64,000 nt of DNA. Source: Thermoanaerobaculia bacterium. Its GTDB lineage: Bacteria > Acidobacteriota > Thermoanaerobaculia > UBA5066. Of the stretch, positions 43,328-53,279 are shown one piece after another; positions within the stretch are counted from its first letter, which is position 1; each line of letters opens with the position of its first letter. The stretch lies in contig CAVRAY010000001.1 in NCBI GenBank assembly GCA_963719225.1, positions 1,440,001 through 1,504,000 of the forward strand, read 5' to 3'. Below the pieces are notes generated by a model. The model saw nothing but the letters and a program-made list of their open reading frames with translations. It ran no database searches and was not told the DNA's origin. Position numbers and translations under genes: made by a program.

Positions 43328-45327
43328 ATGTCCTCGGTGGCGAGCTCGAATCGGATTGACCCGGCGGTTGGAGAAGGCGGCGGAAATATCCGTCTGACGC
43401 TGCCCGATGGTTCCGTGCGCGAAGTCCCTTCGGGCACGACGGGCCGTGCCGTGGCCGAGTCGATCGGGCCCCGCCTCGCCAAGGACGCGCTGGCCGTGAA
43501 GCTCGCCGGCGAGGTTCTCGACCTTTCCCGCCCGCTCCGGACGTCCGGCTCCTTCGAGGTCGTCACGCCGAAGCACCCGGACGCGCTCGAGCTGTACCGC
43601 CACTCCACGGCGCACCTCTGCGCGAACGCCGTCAAGCGCCTCTTCCCGGGCGTGAAGATCGGCATCGGCCCGGCCATCGAGAACGGCTTCTATTACGACT
43701 TCGACCCGGGCCGGCCGTTCACGCCCGAAGACCTCGAGAAGATCGAGGCCGAGATGAAGAGGATCGTCGCCGAGGACAACGCCGTCGTCCGCAAGGAGAT
43801 GTCGAAGGCCGAGGCCGTGAAGCTCTTCGAGGCCCAGAACGATCCGCTCAAGGTCGAGATCGTCGACGGGCATTCCCGAGGGCAGCCTCTCCTGCTACGA
43901 GCAGAAGGACTTCATCGACCTCTGCCGCGGACCCGCACGTGCCGTCCACGGGAAAGCTCGGCGTCTTCAAGCTCACGCACGCGGCGGGCGCGTACTGGAA
44001 GGGCGACGAACGGAACCCGATGCTCCAGCGCATCTACGGAGCCGTCTTTCTCACGCAGAAGGAGCTGGACGCGCACCTCGCGAGGCTCGAGGCTGCGCGA
44101 GCGCGCGACCACCGAAAGCTCGGCAAGGAGCTCGCGCTCTTCGTGTTCCACCCGTGGGCCCCGGCGTCGCCGTTCTTCCTCCCGCGGGGCGCGACGGTCT
44201 ACAACCTCCTGATCGACTGGATCCGCGCCCTGTACGTCAAGTACGGGTATCAGGAGATCCTCACGCCCCAGATCTTCGACGAGGAGCTGTTCACGACCTC
44301 GGGGCACACGGGCAACTACCGCGAGAACATGTTCTTCGTCCAGGTCGACGAGCGCGAGTTCGGCGTGAAGCCGATGAACTGCCCGGGGCACTGCCTCGTG
44401 TTCGGATCTCAGGCGTTCAGCTACCGGGACCTGCCCGTGCGGTACGCCGATTTCGCGCGCCTCCACCGGTACGAGAAGTCGGGCGTCACACAGGGCCTCA
44501 CGCGCGTCCGCTCCTTTTCGCAGGACGACGCTCACATCTTCGCGGCTCCCGAGAGCATCGATCGCGAAGTGGCGTCGTTCCTGACGTTCCTCGACGAGGT
44601 CTACGGGACGTTCGCATTCCAGGACGTCGCGATCTCCCTCGGGCTGAGGCCCGAGAAGCGCGTCGGAGCCGACGCCGTCTGGGATCGGGCCGAAAAGGTG
44701 CTCGAGGCGGCCCTGAAGGCGACCGGCCGCCCCTTCGTCGTCTCGCCGGGCGACGGAGCCTTCTACGGTCCCAAAATCGACTTCCGCGTGAACGACGCGA
44801 TCGGGCGGCCCTGGCAGCTCGGCACGTTCCAGTGCGACTTCAACCTCCCCGAGCTCTTCGATCTGCACTACACGGCCGAGGACGGGACGAAGCAGCGCCC
44901 CGTCCTCCTGCACCGCGCCATCCTCGGCTCGCTCGAGCGCTTCCTCGGAATCCTCATCGAGCACACGGGTGGCGACTTTCCGTTCTGGCTCGCGCCGGAA
45001 CAGGTGCGCGTCGTGCCGGTCTCGGAGAAGTTCAATGAATACGGGGAGAAGATTCTTAGAAGGGTAAGAGAGGCCGGGCTGCGCTCAACGAGCGACCTCA
45101 GGAGCGAAAAGCTGGGCGCGAAGATCCGCCACGGGGAGCTCGAGAAAGTTCCCGCGCTCCTCATCGTCGGCGAGAAGGAGCAGGCGGCCGGGACGGTCTC
45201 CCTGCGCGTCCGACACGGCGGGGAGTTCAAGGATCAGAATATCGAAGAGCTTCTAAGAACGATGAAGAGCGCGGTTGCGAACCGCTCGCTCACATGGCAC
45301 CAAACGTCAACCGCTCGCGAACAGTAA
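43328..45327 (+). CDS. thrS: Threonine--tRNA ligase (two +1 homopolymer frameshifts near 43870 and 43933)
   Basis: TGS domain, RHSTAH, DLCRGPH after correction, RDHRKLG, KPMNCP, GAFYGPK, HRAILGSLERF. Confidence 0.95.
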
Positions 45328-45340
45328 GGAGGACATCCCC

Positions 45341-45892
45341 ATCGCATTTTTCAGAGGCGGCCCCCGCGTTCCCCCCACGAAGAACTCTCCCATAAACGAG
45401 TTCATCCTGCGCTTCCAGAACGTCCGGCTCATCGGCTCGGACGGAGCCCAGCTCGGCGTCGTCGATCCGCCCTCCGCCATCGCGAAGGCGCGCGAGGAAG
45501 GCCTCGACGTCGTCGTGATCGCCGAGCAGGCCGACCCTCCGGTCTGCAAGATCATGGATTTCGGCAAGTTCACGTTCGAGAAGAAGAAGAAAGAGCACGA
45601 GTCGAAGAAGAAACAGAAGATCACCCAGGTCAAGGAGATCAAGTTCCGGCCGAACATCGACGAGCACGACTACGACTTCAAGCTGCGGAACATCCTCCGG
45701 TTCCTGGAGGAGGGCGACAAGGTGAAAGCCACCGTCCAGTTCCGCGGCCGCGAAATGTCGCGCCTCGACAACGGGCGGAAGGTCCTCGACCGGCTCATCA
45801 AGGACCTCGAGGGCCGGGCACACGCCGAATCCGGCACGGAGATGATGGGAAACCGGATGCACCAGATCCTCGGCCCGATCAAGAAGCACTGA
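45341..45892 (+). CDS. infC: Translation initiation factor IF-3 (ATC start)
   Basis: PPVCKIMDFGK, KEIKFRP.I..HD; AAGGAGG 8 nt before in-frame ATC. Confidence 0.93.
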   Translation: MAFFRGGPRVPPTKNSPINEFILRFQNVRLIGSDGAQLGVVDPPSAIAKAREEGLDVVVIAEQADPPVCKIMDFGKFTFEKKKKEHESKKKQKITQVKEIKFRPNIDEHDYDFKLRNILRFLEEGDKVKATVQFRGREMSRLDNGRKVLDRLIKDLEGRAHAESGTEMMGNRMHQILGPIKKH

Positions 45893-45907
45893 GAAGGAGC
45901 CCCGAAC

Positions 45908-46108
45908 ATGGCCACCAAGAGAAAGACGCATCGCGGCGCGGCGAAGCGGTTCCACAAGACTGCCACCGGCAAGTTCAAGCGCGGACACGCGATGAAACGC
46001 CACATCCTCACGAAGAAGAACGCGAGCCGTCTGCGGGGCCTCAAGAAGGCCACTCTCGTGTCGAAAGCCGACACGAAGAACGTCCGGTCGATGCTCCCGT
46101 ACGCCTGA
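45908..46108 (+). CDS. rpmI: 50S ribosomal protein L35
   Basis: [16 protein letters not shown]. Confidence 0.96.
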   Translation: MATKRKTHRGAAKRFHKTATGKFKRGHAMKRHILTKKNASRLRGLKKATLVSKADTKNVRSMLPYA

Positions 46109-46136
46109 ACGAAGTCACTAGACAAGGAGAGACACC

Positions 46137-46535
46137 ATGCCTCGCGTCAAGCGTGGACCAAAGAGGAAGAATCGCCGGGTACGAGTTCTGAAGCTCGCGA
46201 AGGGTTACTACGGCACCAAGCACAACTGCTTTCGCATCGCCGAGCTGCAGGTCGAGCGCTCGCTCGTCTTCGCGACGCGCGACCGCAAGCAGAAAAAGCG
46301 TGAGTTCCGGGGGCTCTGGATCGTCCGCATCAACGCCGCCGCACGCCAGCACGACCTCAGCTACAGCAAGCTCATGGCAGGCCTGAAGAAAGCCGGGTCC
46401 GACGTGAATCGCAAGGTTCTCGCCGAGATCGCCGTCGAGGATCCGAAGGGATTTGCGAACATCGTCGCGTCGGCGAAGACCGCCCTCGGGCTGCCTGCGG
46501 CGGGCGCGTCCGCGAGCGCGAGCGTGGGCGCGTAA
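46137..46535 (+). CDS. rplT: 50S ribosomal protein L20
   Basis: [31 protein letters not shown]. Confidence 0.96.
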   Translation: MPRVKRGPKRKNRRVRVLKLAKGYYGTKHNCFRIAELQVERSLVFATRDRKQKKREFRGLWIVRINAAARQHDLSYSKLMAGLKKAGSDVNRKVLAEIAVEDPKGFANIVASAKTALGLPAAGASASASVGA

Positions 46536-46561
46536 GCGCCTGCGGGCGAAGCGCACGAGCG

Positions 46562-47659
46562 GTGGTGGACCTTCTTCAGGCGATCGAAGAAAGACGAAGA
46601 GATTTCTTCGAAGAGTTGAAGACCGCCGAGGGAAAGGTCGCGGCCGGGGTGCTCCTCCCGGCGGATGTGCGCGCTCTGCACGTGCGTTGGCTCGGACAGA
46701 AGCAGGGCCTGGTGACTGAGCTCCTGGCGGGCCTTCGGACCCTTTCGAAGGAAAACAAGGCTCCCGCCGGCGCCGCCATCAACAAGCTCAAGAAGGACGT
46801 GGAGACTGCGCTCTCCACCCTCGAAGAATCTTCGGTGCTCTTCGAACGCCAGCAGAGGCAGAGGGCGCTCGCCGTCGACGTGACGCTCCCCCCGCGCGCT
46901 CCGCGCCTCGGGCGGCTGCATCCGCTTACGGTCGTGAGGCGGCGGATCGAAGCCGCCTTCGCGTCGTTGGGCTACGAGGTCGCGCACGGCCCGGACGTCG
47001 AGACCGACTGGCTGAACTTCGGGGCGCTGAATTTCCCGCCCGACCATCCTGCGCGCGACGCGGTGGACACGTTCTTCGTGAAAGGCGGCGGGGAGGGCGA
47101 CGACCGTCTGCTCCTGCGCACGCACACGTCGCCGGTCCAGATCCGGACGATGCTCGCTCAAAAGCCCCCGATCCGGATCGTGATCCCCGGCCGCGTCTAC
47201 CGGAAGGACGACATCGATCCGCGCCACTCGCCGGTCTTCCATCAGATGGAGGGGCTCACGGTGGACGAGGGCATCACGTTCGCCGACCTGAAAGGCACGC
47301 TTGCGGCGTTCGCCCGGCTGCTCTTCACGCCCGAGACGAAGATCCGGTTCGGACCGACGTTCTTCCCGTTCGTCGAGCCGGGAGTGGACGTCGCGGTTTC
47401 GTGCGTCTTCTGCAAGGGCACGGGCAGCGCCCAGGGGGGCGCATGCCGACCGTGCTCGGGCACCGGCTGGATCGAGATCCTGGGCGCGGGGATGGTGCAT
47501 CCCGCGGTGCTGAGGAACGGAGGCATCGACCCCGAGAAGTATTCGGGATTCGCGTTCGGCATGGGAATCGACCGTGTCGCGTTCCTCGTCTACGGCGTGC
47601 CGGACCTGCGGCTCTTCTTCGAGAACGACGTGCGCTTCCTCGATCGCGTGTGGAGCTGA
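46562..47659 (+). CDS. pheS: Phenylalanine--tRNA ligase alpha subunit
   Basis: HPARD, LRTHTSPVQ, FHQMEG, FPFVEP, GFAFGMG; CxxC..CxxC insert. Confidence 0.96.
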   Translation: MVDLLQAIEERRRDFFEELKTAEGKVAAGVLLPADVRALHVRWLGQKQGLVTELLAGLRTLSKENKAPAGAAINKLKKDVETALSTLEESSVLFERQQRQRALAVDVTLPPRAPRLGRLHPLTVVRRRIEAAFASLGYEVAHGPDVETDWLNFGALNFPPDHPARDAVDTFFVKGGGEGDDRLLLRTHTSPVQIRTMLAQKPPIRIVIPGRVYRKDDIDPRHSPVFHQMEGLTVDEGITFADLKGTLAAFARLLFTPETKIRFGPTFFPFVEPGVDVAVSCVFCKGTGSAQGGACRPCSGTGWIEILGAGMVHPAVLRNGGIDPEKYSGFAFGMGIDRVAFLVYGVPDLRLFFENDVRFLDRVWS

Positions 47660-47666
47660 GAGCGCG

Positions 47667-49808
47667 ATGAAGTTCTCCCACGAGTGGATCGCGTCGTATC
47701 TGCCCGGCCCCGCGCCGGACCCGAAGGGTCTCGGCGACCGCCTGACGGCGGTGGGTTTCATCGTCGAGGGAGTCGAAGGCTCGGGCGCGGACACCGTTTA
47801 CGACGTCGAGATCACGGCGAACCGGCCCGACGGGATGAGCCACCGGGGCCTCGCGCGCGAAGCGGCCCTCGCGCTGTCCCGGACCTTCGCAGAGCCCGCC
47901 CGTCCCCCGCTGCGCGAGAGCGATACGACGGCCGACATGCGGGCCCGCGTCTACGTCGAGGAGCCGGAGCTCTGCTCGCGGTATTCCGCGCGCGTCCTAG
48001 AGGGGATCCGCGTGGCCGCGCCTGGCGGCGCCGTGGCGGCACGGCTTCGCGCGATCGGCGCCGGAACGATCTCAGCCCCGGTGGACGCCACGAACCACGT
48101 CCTCTGGGACATCGGCCAGCCGCTCCACGCTTTCGACCTCGACTCGCTCGCGAAAGGGGTCGACGGATTCCCGACGATCATCGTTCGGCGCGCCCGGGCG
48201 GGAGAGACGCTCGTGACGCTCGACGGCGTCACGCGCGCGCTGTCGCCGCAGCACCTCGTGATCGCGGACGCCGAGAAGCCCGTCGCCCTCGCGGGCGTCA
48301 TGGGCGGACTCGAGACGGCGATCTCGGATCGGACGACGCGCGTCCTCCTGGAGGGAGCGCATTTCGATCCGCGCGCGGTGCGCAGGACGTCACGCTCTCT
48401 CGGCATGCACACGGACGCGTCGCACCGGTTCGAGCGGGGAGCCGATCCCGAAGCGACGCGCGACGGGCTCGACCGCGCCGCCCGCCTGATCCTGGAGTCG
48501 TGCGGCGGCACTCTGTGTCGGGGGACGATCGACGTCCGCGAACGGCGGTCGAGCCCCCACGCGCCCCGGGTGCTCACGCTCCGCCTCGCGCGGCTCACGG
48601 CATTCCTCGGGATGGACATCGCGGCCGGGCGCTGCGTGGAGATCCTCGCCGCGCTCGGGTTCTCTCCGGTCCACGTCGGCGACACCGTGCGCGTCACGGT
48701 ACCCTCCTGGCGTGTCGACATCGCCGGTGAGGAGGACCTCGTCGAGGAGGTCATCCGCTGTGAGGGCTACGAGCGGCTGCCCGAGACGCTGCCGAGTTCG
48801 TACGCGCCGGCGCGTCCGCCCGAGGCGGCGCTCGTCGAGGACCGCGCGCGCGACCTCCTCGCGGGCTTCGGGCTCCTCGAGTGCGCGACGTACTCGTTCG
48901 TCTCGGAAGCAGAGAATGCCCCGTTCGTCTCCGCCGCGCCGGGCGCGCCGGTCCTCGTCGAGAACGCACTCGGCGAGCCCTTCACGACGATGCGCGCGAC
49001 CCCCGTGATCGGGCTCCTGCAAAGTGCCCGTCACAACGTGCGGCGCGGCCAGAAGGACCTCGCTCTCTTCGAGGTAGGGACGGCGTTCGGGTGGAATCAA
49101 GAGAAGATTTCTGCTGAAGAGAAGACGGGGGAAGGAAGAGTCATCGAAAGAACGAAAGTCGGGATCCTCCTCGCCGGCGCAAGAAACCGCCATTGGTCGC
49201 AGGGGGAGACGGCGAATTCGGATTTCTTCGATGGGGCGGGAATTGCAGAGGCGCTCATGAAAGGCCTCGGCTTGGGGGGCGCTTCGTCCCCTATTACCTT
49301 CAAAGAAAATCTTCCGGTCTCTTCGTACCTGGCCCCTGGGCGCGCTGCCCGCATTCTCTGCGCGGGCCGCGAAGCCGGATGGGTTGGCGTCCTCGAGCCT
49401 TCGCTCGCCGCCTCCTGGGATCTGACCGATCCCGTCGTGGCCGATCTCGACCTCGATGTCCTTGCGGCCGCGCTGCCCCCTCCCGAGACGTCCGTCGAGC
49501 CCCCGCCCCGTTTTCCCGGCAGCGAAGTGGATCTCACCGTGACACATCCGCTTTCGACTTCGTGGAGAACGCTCGAATCGGCCGTGCGCGCGGGCGCGCC
49601 AGTGGAGCTCGTGGCAGTCGAGGCGAAAGGACGCTACCAGGGTCCCGGCGTCAAGGGTGGTTTCGTGAAGACGACGTTGACCCTGCGGTTCGGCTCGCCG
49701 CTCGGCACTCTCGCGCGTGAGGACGTGAACGCGTGGCGCGACGCCGCGGCCCGGCGCCTTCTGGCGCTGAAAGATGCCGCGGTGGACGGCGTACCGGCGT
49801 CAAATTGA
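47667..49808 (+). CDS. pheT: Phenylalanine--tRNA ligase beta subunit (lacking B2 OB domain)
   Basis: ITANRPD, QPLHAFD, ALAGVMGG, RFERG, PSWRVDI..EEDLVEEV. Confidence 0.93.
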   Translation: MKFSHEWIASYLPGPAPDPKGLGDRLTAVGFIVEGVEGSGADTVYDVEITANRPDGMSHRGLAREAALALSRTFAEPARPPLRESDTTADMRARVYVEEPELCSRYSARVLEGIRVAAPGGAVAARLRAIGAGTISAPVDATNHVLWDIGQPLHAFDLDSLAKGVDGFPTIIVRRARAGETLVTLDGVTRALSPQHLVIADAEKPVALAGVMGGLETAISDRTTRVLLEGAHFDPRAVRRTSRSLGMHTDASHRFERGADPEATRDGLDRAARLILESCGGTLCRGTIDVRERRSSPHAPRVLTLRLARLTAFLGMDIAAGRCVEILAALGFSPVHVGDTVRVTVPSWRVDIAGEEDLVEEVIRCEGYERLPETLPSSYAPARPPEAALVEDRARDLLAGFGLLECATYSFVSEAENAPFVSAAPGAPVLVENALGEPFTTMRATPVIGLLQSARHNVRRGQKDLALFEVGTAFGWNQEKISAEEKTGEGRVIERTKVGILLAGARNRHWSQGETANSDFFDGAGIAEALMKGLGLGGASSPITFKENLPVSSYLAPGRAARILCAGREAGWVGVLEPSLAASWDLTDPVVADLDLDVLAAALPPPETSVEPPPRFPGSEVDLTVTHPLSTSWRTLESAVRAGAPVELVAVEAKGRYQGPGVKGGFVKTTLTLRFGSPLGTLAREDVNAWRDAAARRLLALKDAAVDGVPASN

Positions 49809-49818
49809 GGAGGAAGAC

Positions 49819-50121
49819 GTGAAGGAAGCGAAAGGTCGGAACGAAGGCAGGGCGGAGTTGGCCGGGGATGCGACTCTCGAGGGCGTGCTCGACGCGATCG
49901 AGTCGCGGCTCGAATCTCTGCTGGAGGTCGTCAAGGGCCTGTCCCATGAGAATGCGCGCCTCGAGTCCGAGCTGGCGTCGGCCCGCGAGGCGAGCGAGAA
50001 AAACGGCGGCGCCGCGGCCGCCCTCGCGCGTCACGAGGCCGAGCGGACGGCCGTCCGGACGCGCATCGAAAGGCTCCTGAAAACGCTCGAGGAGACGAAC
50101 CTGCCGGCCCGTCGCGCCTGA
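49819..50121 (+). CDS. ZapB-like coiled-coil protein
   Basis: Coiled coil ending ERTAVRTRIERLL; between pheT and zapA; GAGGAGG RBS. Confidence 0.65.
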   Translation: MKEAKGRNEGRAELAGDATLEGVLDAIESRLESLLEVVKGLSHENARLESELASAREASEKNGGAAAALARHEAERTAVRTRIERLLKTLEETNLPARRA

Positions 50122-50171
50122 GGCCGCGTGCTATCCTCTCGTCGCGGCAGAACCTCGAGCCGCGAGAGAAA

Positions 50172-50531
50172 ATGGCTTCAAAACCGTCCGTCACACAGGT
50201 GGAAATCTTCGGCCAGACGTACTCCGTCCGGGCCGCGGGGGATCCCGCGTACATCCAGGAGCTCGCAACCTTCGTGGACCAGAAAATGCGCGAGGTTTCC
50301 GAGCACGCGCCGACGGTCGACGCCGCGAAAATCGCCATCCTCACGGCGCTCAACATTTCCGACGAGTTCCATCAGTACCGTTCCAAGTCAGGCTCCGAGG
50401 GTGATCCGGGGCGGGTCGCGAAGCGCGCGACCCGTCTCGTCGAAAAACTCGACGAGATCCTGAAGTCGTCTACTCGGGCCATTCCGGCGAGGGCCGGCAG
50501 CGAATCGATCGGCACCCTGCGCGGTGCGTGA
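50172..50531 (+). CDS. zapA: Cell division protein ZapA
   Basis: VEIFGQTY, LATFVDQKM, IAILTALNI. Confidence 0.92.
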   Translation: MASKPSVTQVEIFGQTYSVRAAGDPAYIQELATFVDQKMREVSEHAPTVDAAKIAILTALNISDEFHQYRSKSGSEGDPGRVAKRATRLVEKLDEILKSSTRAIPARAGSESIGTLRGA

Positions 50532-50685
50532 ATGGGATATGTCCTTGAACCGATATTTCAATCGTGGAGTCACCGTACCTGGGCCGTCCTGTGATGCCCC
50601 TTCGGGGGAACTAATGGTCTGCCCCGTGGGCTCCCCCTGTCTTACGACGGGTTCAATCGACACACCCCACACGGCCGAGGCGGGG
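50513..50685 (+). ncRNA. ssrS: 6S RNA
   Basis: Between zapA and rny; TTGAACCG pairs with CGGGTTCAA, termini CCCTGC/GCGGGG pair; boundaries approximate. Confidence 0.8.
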
Positions 50686-50785
50686 CGCCTTTATCGCGCC
50701 CATCCGAGGAGACCCTTCCGGGTTCGCGTCTAGCTTTCGACCGGATCACCCTCGAAAGAACGTTTCGATCGAGGGGGACCGACCC

Positions 50786-52387
50786 GTGAATTCCATTCAA
50801 GTCATCGCCGTCGAGGCCGCGCTCGCGGTCTTCGCCGTGGGTGTCCTCATCTGGGCCCTGAGGACCCGGGGGGCGGCCTCGATCGCGAAGGCCGAAGCCG
50901 AGCTCGAGGCTCGCAAGAAGCTCGAGGAGGCGAAGCTCGCCGCCGAGTCCGCCGTCCGGCGCGCCGAGGCCACCGCCCAGAAGACCGAGCTCGATGCGAA
51001 GGAGCGGGCGCTCAAGGCACGCGAGGCCGCGGAGCAGGAGGCCGCGAAAAGGCGCGCCGAGCTCCTGGACCAGGAAAAGCGCCTTCTTCAGAAGGAAGAG
51101 ACCCTCGACAAAAAGATCGTCGTCGCCGAGAAACGCGAGATGGAGTCCGAGAATCGCGCCCAGAACCTCACGAAGCGCGAGAAGCGGGTCGAGGAGACCG
51201 AGGCCGAGGCCCAGAAAAAGGCCGAGGAGATCGTCCAGGAGCAGCGCGAAAAGCTCGAGAGGATCGCCGGTCTCACGGCCGAGCAGGCCAAGCGTGACCT
51301 GATCCGCGAGCTCGAGAACGAGGCGCGCCTCGAGGCGACCGGCCTCGTGCGCCGGATCGAGGAAGACGCCGTCGAGAGCGCGAACTGGAAGGCGAAACGG
51401 CTCCTCTCGATGACGATCCAGCGCATGGCGTCCGAGCACGTCGTCGAGACGACCGTGTCGGTCCTCGACCTCCCGTCCGACGACATGAAAGGGCGGATCA
51501 TCGGCCGCGAAGGCCGCAACATCCGGGCCGTCGAGGCCGCGACGGGCGTCGACATCATCATCGACGACACGCCGGAAGCGATCCTTCTCTCCTCGTTCGA
51601 CCCGATCCGCCGCGAAGTCGCGCGGCGCGCGCTCGAGCGCCTCATCCAGGACGGGCGCATTCATCCGGCGCGGATCGAAGAGGTCGTCGAGAAGGTCCGC
51701 GAGGAGCTGTGGCTGGACGTCAAGACCACGGGTGAAGCCGCGGCGTTCGAGTTCGGAATCGCCGACCTCCATCCGGAGGTCGTGAAGCTGCTCGGGCGGC
51801 TGAAGTACCGCACGAGCTACGGCCAGAGCGTCCTCCAGCACAGCAAGGAGGTCGGATGGGCCGCGTGCCACCTCGCGAGCGAGCTGGGGGCCGACGTGAC
51901 GGTCGCCAAGCGCGCGGGACTCCTCCACGACATCGGCAAGGCGATCGACCGCGAGCAGGAAGGAACCCACCTCGAGCTCGGCCGGCAGATTCTCAAGAAA
52001 TACGGCGAGACGGAGTCCGTCATCCACGGCATGGAATGCCACCACGGCGACTACGAGCCCCGCACGATCGAGGCGGTCCTCGTGAACGCGGCCGACGCGA
52101 TCTCGGCCGCGCGGCCGGGAGCGCGCCGCGAGATCCTGGAGACCTACGTCAAGCGCCTCGAGAAGCTCGAGAAGATGACGGAAGGCATGAAGGGCGTCGA
52201 GCGCACCTTCGCGATCCAGGCGGGCCGCGAGCTGCGCGTGATCGTGGACGCGAAGAAGGTCACGGACGACGAGTGCCTCTGGATGTCGAAGGACATCGCC
52301 AAGCGCGTCGAGGCGGAACTGCAATATCCAGGGCAGATAAAGATCACCGTCATCCGAGAGACAAGGGCCGTTGATTTTGCAAAATAA
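50786..52387 (+). CDS. rny: Ribonuclease Y
   Basis: N-terminal TM, coiled coil, KH (MKGRIIGREGRNI), HD (LLHDIGK), AIQAGRE. Confidence 0.96.
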   Translation: MNSIQVIAVEAALAVFAVGVLIWALRTRGAASIAKAEAELEARKKLEEAKLAAESAVRRAEATAQKTELDAKERALKAREAAEQEAAKRRAELLDQEKRLLQKEETLDKKIVVAEKREMESENRAQNLTKREKRVEETEAEAQKKAEEIVQEQREKLERIAGLTAEQAKRDLIRELENEARLEATGLVRRIEEDAVESANWKAKRLLSMTIQRMASEHVVETTVSVLDLPSDDMKGRIIGREGRNIRAVEAATGVDIIIDDTPEAILLSSFDPIRREVARRALERLIQDGRIHPARIEEVVEKVREELWLDVKTTGEAAAFEFGIADLHPEVVKLLGRLKYRTSYGQSVLQHSKEVGWAACHLASELGADVTVAKRAGLLHDIGKAIDREQEGTHLELGRQILKKYGETESVIHGMECHHGDYEPRTIEAVLVNAADAISAARPGARREILETYVKRLEKLEKMTEGMKGVERTFAIQAGRELRVIVDAKKVTDDECLWMSKDIAKRVEAELQYPGQIKITVIRETRAVDFAK

Positions 52388-52447
52388 GGAAGAAGATTTT
52401 CTTAGAAGGAAAGAGGGGCATCGTGCCCTATTCACCTTGAAAGAAAG
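52388..52447. repeat. Inverted pair of dispersed motif (intergenic hairpin)
   Basis: GAAGATTTTCTTAGAAGGAAAGAGGGGCA-TCG-TGCCCTATTCACCTTGAAAGAAA. Confidence 0.72.
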
Positions 52448-52462
52448 TTTGCAGACCGGTTC

Positions 52463-53254
52463 ATGAAGCTCTTGTTCATCGGAGACGTGGTGGGCAAGCC
52501 CGGCCGCAAGGCGCTTTCTCTCCTCGAGAAAGTCATCGGGCGAGAGCACATCGATTTCACGATCGTGAACATCGAGAACGCGGCCGGGGGATTCGGCGTG
52601 ACGGCCGAGCTCTTCGCCGAGATGACGAAGCTCCCGATCGACGTGTTCACGTCCGGCAACCACATCTGGGACAAGAAGGAATTCGTGCCGCTCCTCTCGG
52701 ATCTCGAGAACCTGCTGCGTCCCGCGAACTACCCGCCGGGCAACCCGGGCCGCGGCTGGGCCATCCAGGACACGCCGTCGGGAATTCCCGTGGGCGTCCT
52801 GAACCTGCAGGGGCAGGTTTTCATGGCGAACACGGACTCGCCCTTTCGGGTGGGCGATCAGGCGCTCGCCGAGATGAAGACGAAGCGCCCGGATCTGAAG
52901 GTCGTGGTCGTCGACATCCACGCGGAGGCGACGTCCGAGAAGCAGGCCGTCGGGTGGTGGTTCGACGGCCGGGCATCGCTCGTCATCGGCACGCACACGC
53001 ACGTGCCGACCGCGGACGCGCGGATCCTGCCGAAGGGAACGGCCTATCAGGGAGACGCGGGCATGACGGGGGCGTACGAGGGAATCATCGGCTTCGACCC
53101 GAAAGCCATTCTCGAAAAGTTTCTGTATCAGACGCCGCGTTCGATGGAAACCGCCACGCGCGACGTCCGGATGTGCGGCGCGATCGTGGACGTGGACGAG
53201 GCGACGGGGAAGGCCCGCGGGATCACGCCGATCCAGGAGAGGTTCGCCAGCTAG
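52463..53254 (+). CDS. ymdB: TIGR00282/YmdB metallophosphoesterase
   Basis: FIGDVVG, ENAAGG, SGNH, DIHAEATSEK, GTHTH. Confidence 0.92.
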   Translation: MKLLFIGDVVGKPGRKALSLLEKVIGREHIDFTIVNIENAAGGFGVTAELFAEMTKLPIDVFTSGNHIWDKKEFVPLLSDLENLLRPANYPPGNPGRGWAIQDTPSGIPVGVLNLQGQVFMANTDSPFRVGDQALAEMKTKRPDLKVVVVDIHAEATSEKQAVGWWFDGRASLVIGTHTHVPTADARILPKGTAYQGDAGMTGAYEGIIGFDPKAILEKFLYQTPRSMETATRDVRMCGAIVDVDEATGKARGITPIQERFAS

Positions 53255-53279
53255 CCCGGCGCCCGGGTACGATTCGGAC

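Noticed and set aside
43860-43940. Programmed frameshifting or pseudogenisation of thrS
   Set aside because: Removing one base from each of two short homopolymers restores DGIPEG...DLCRGPHVP; thrS is essential, so sequencing error is far more likely.
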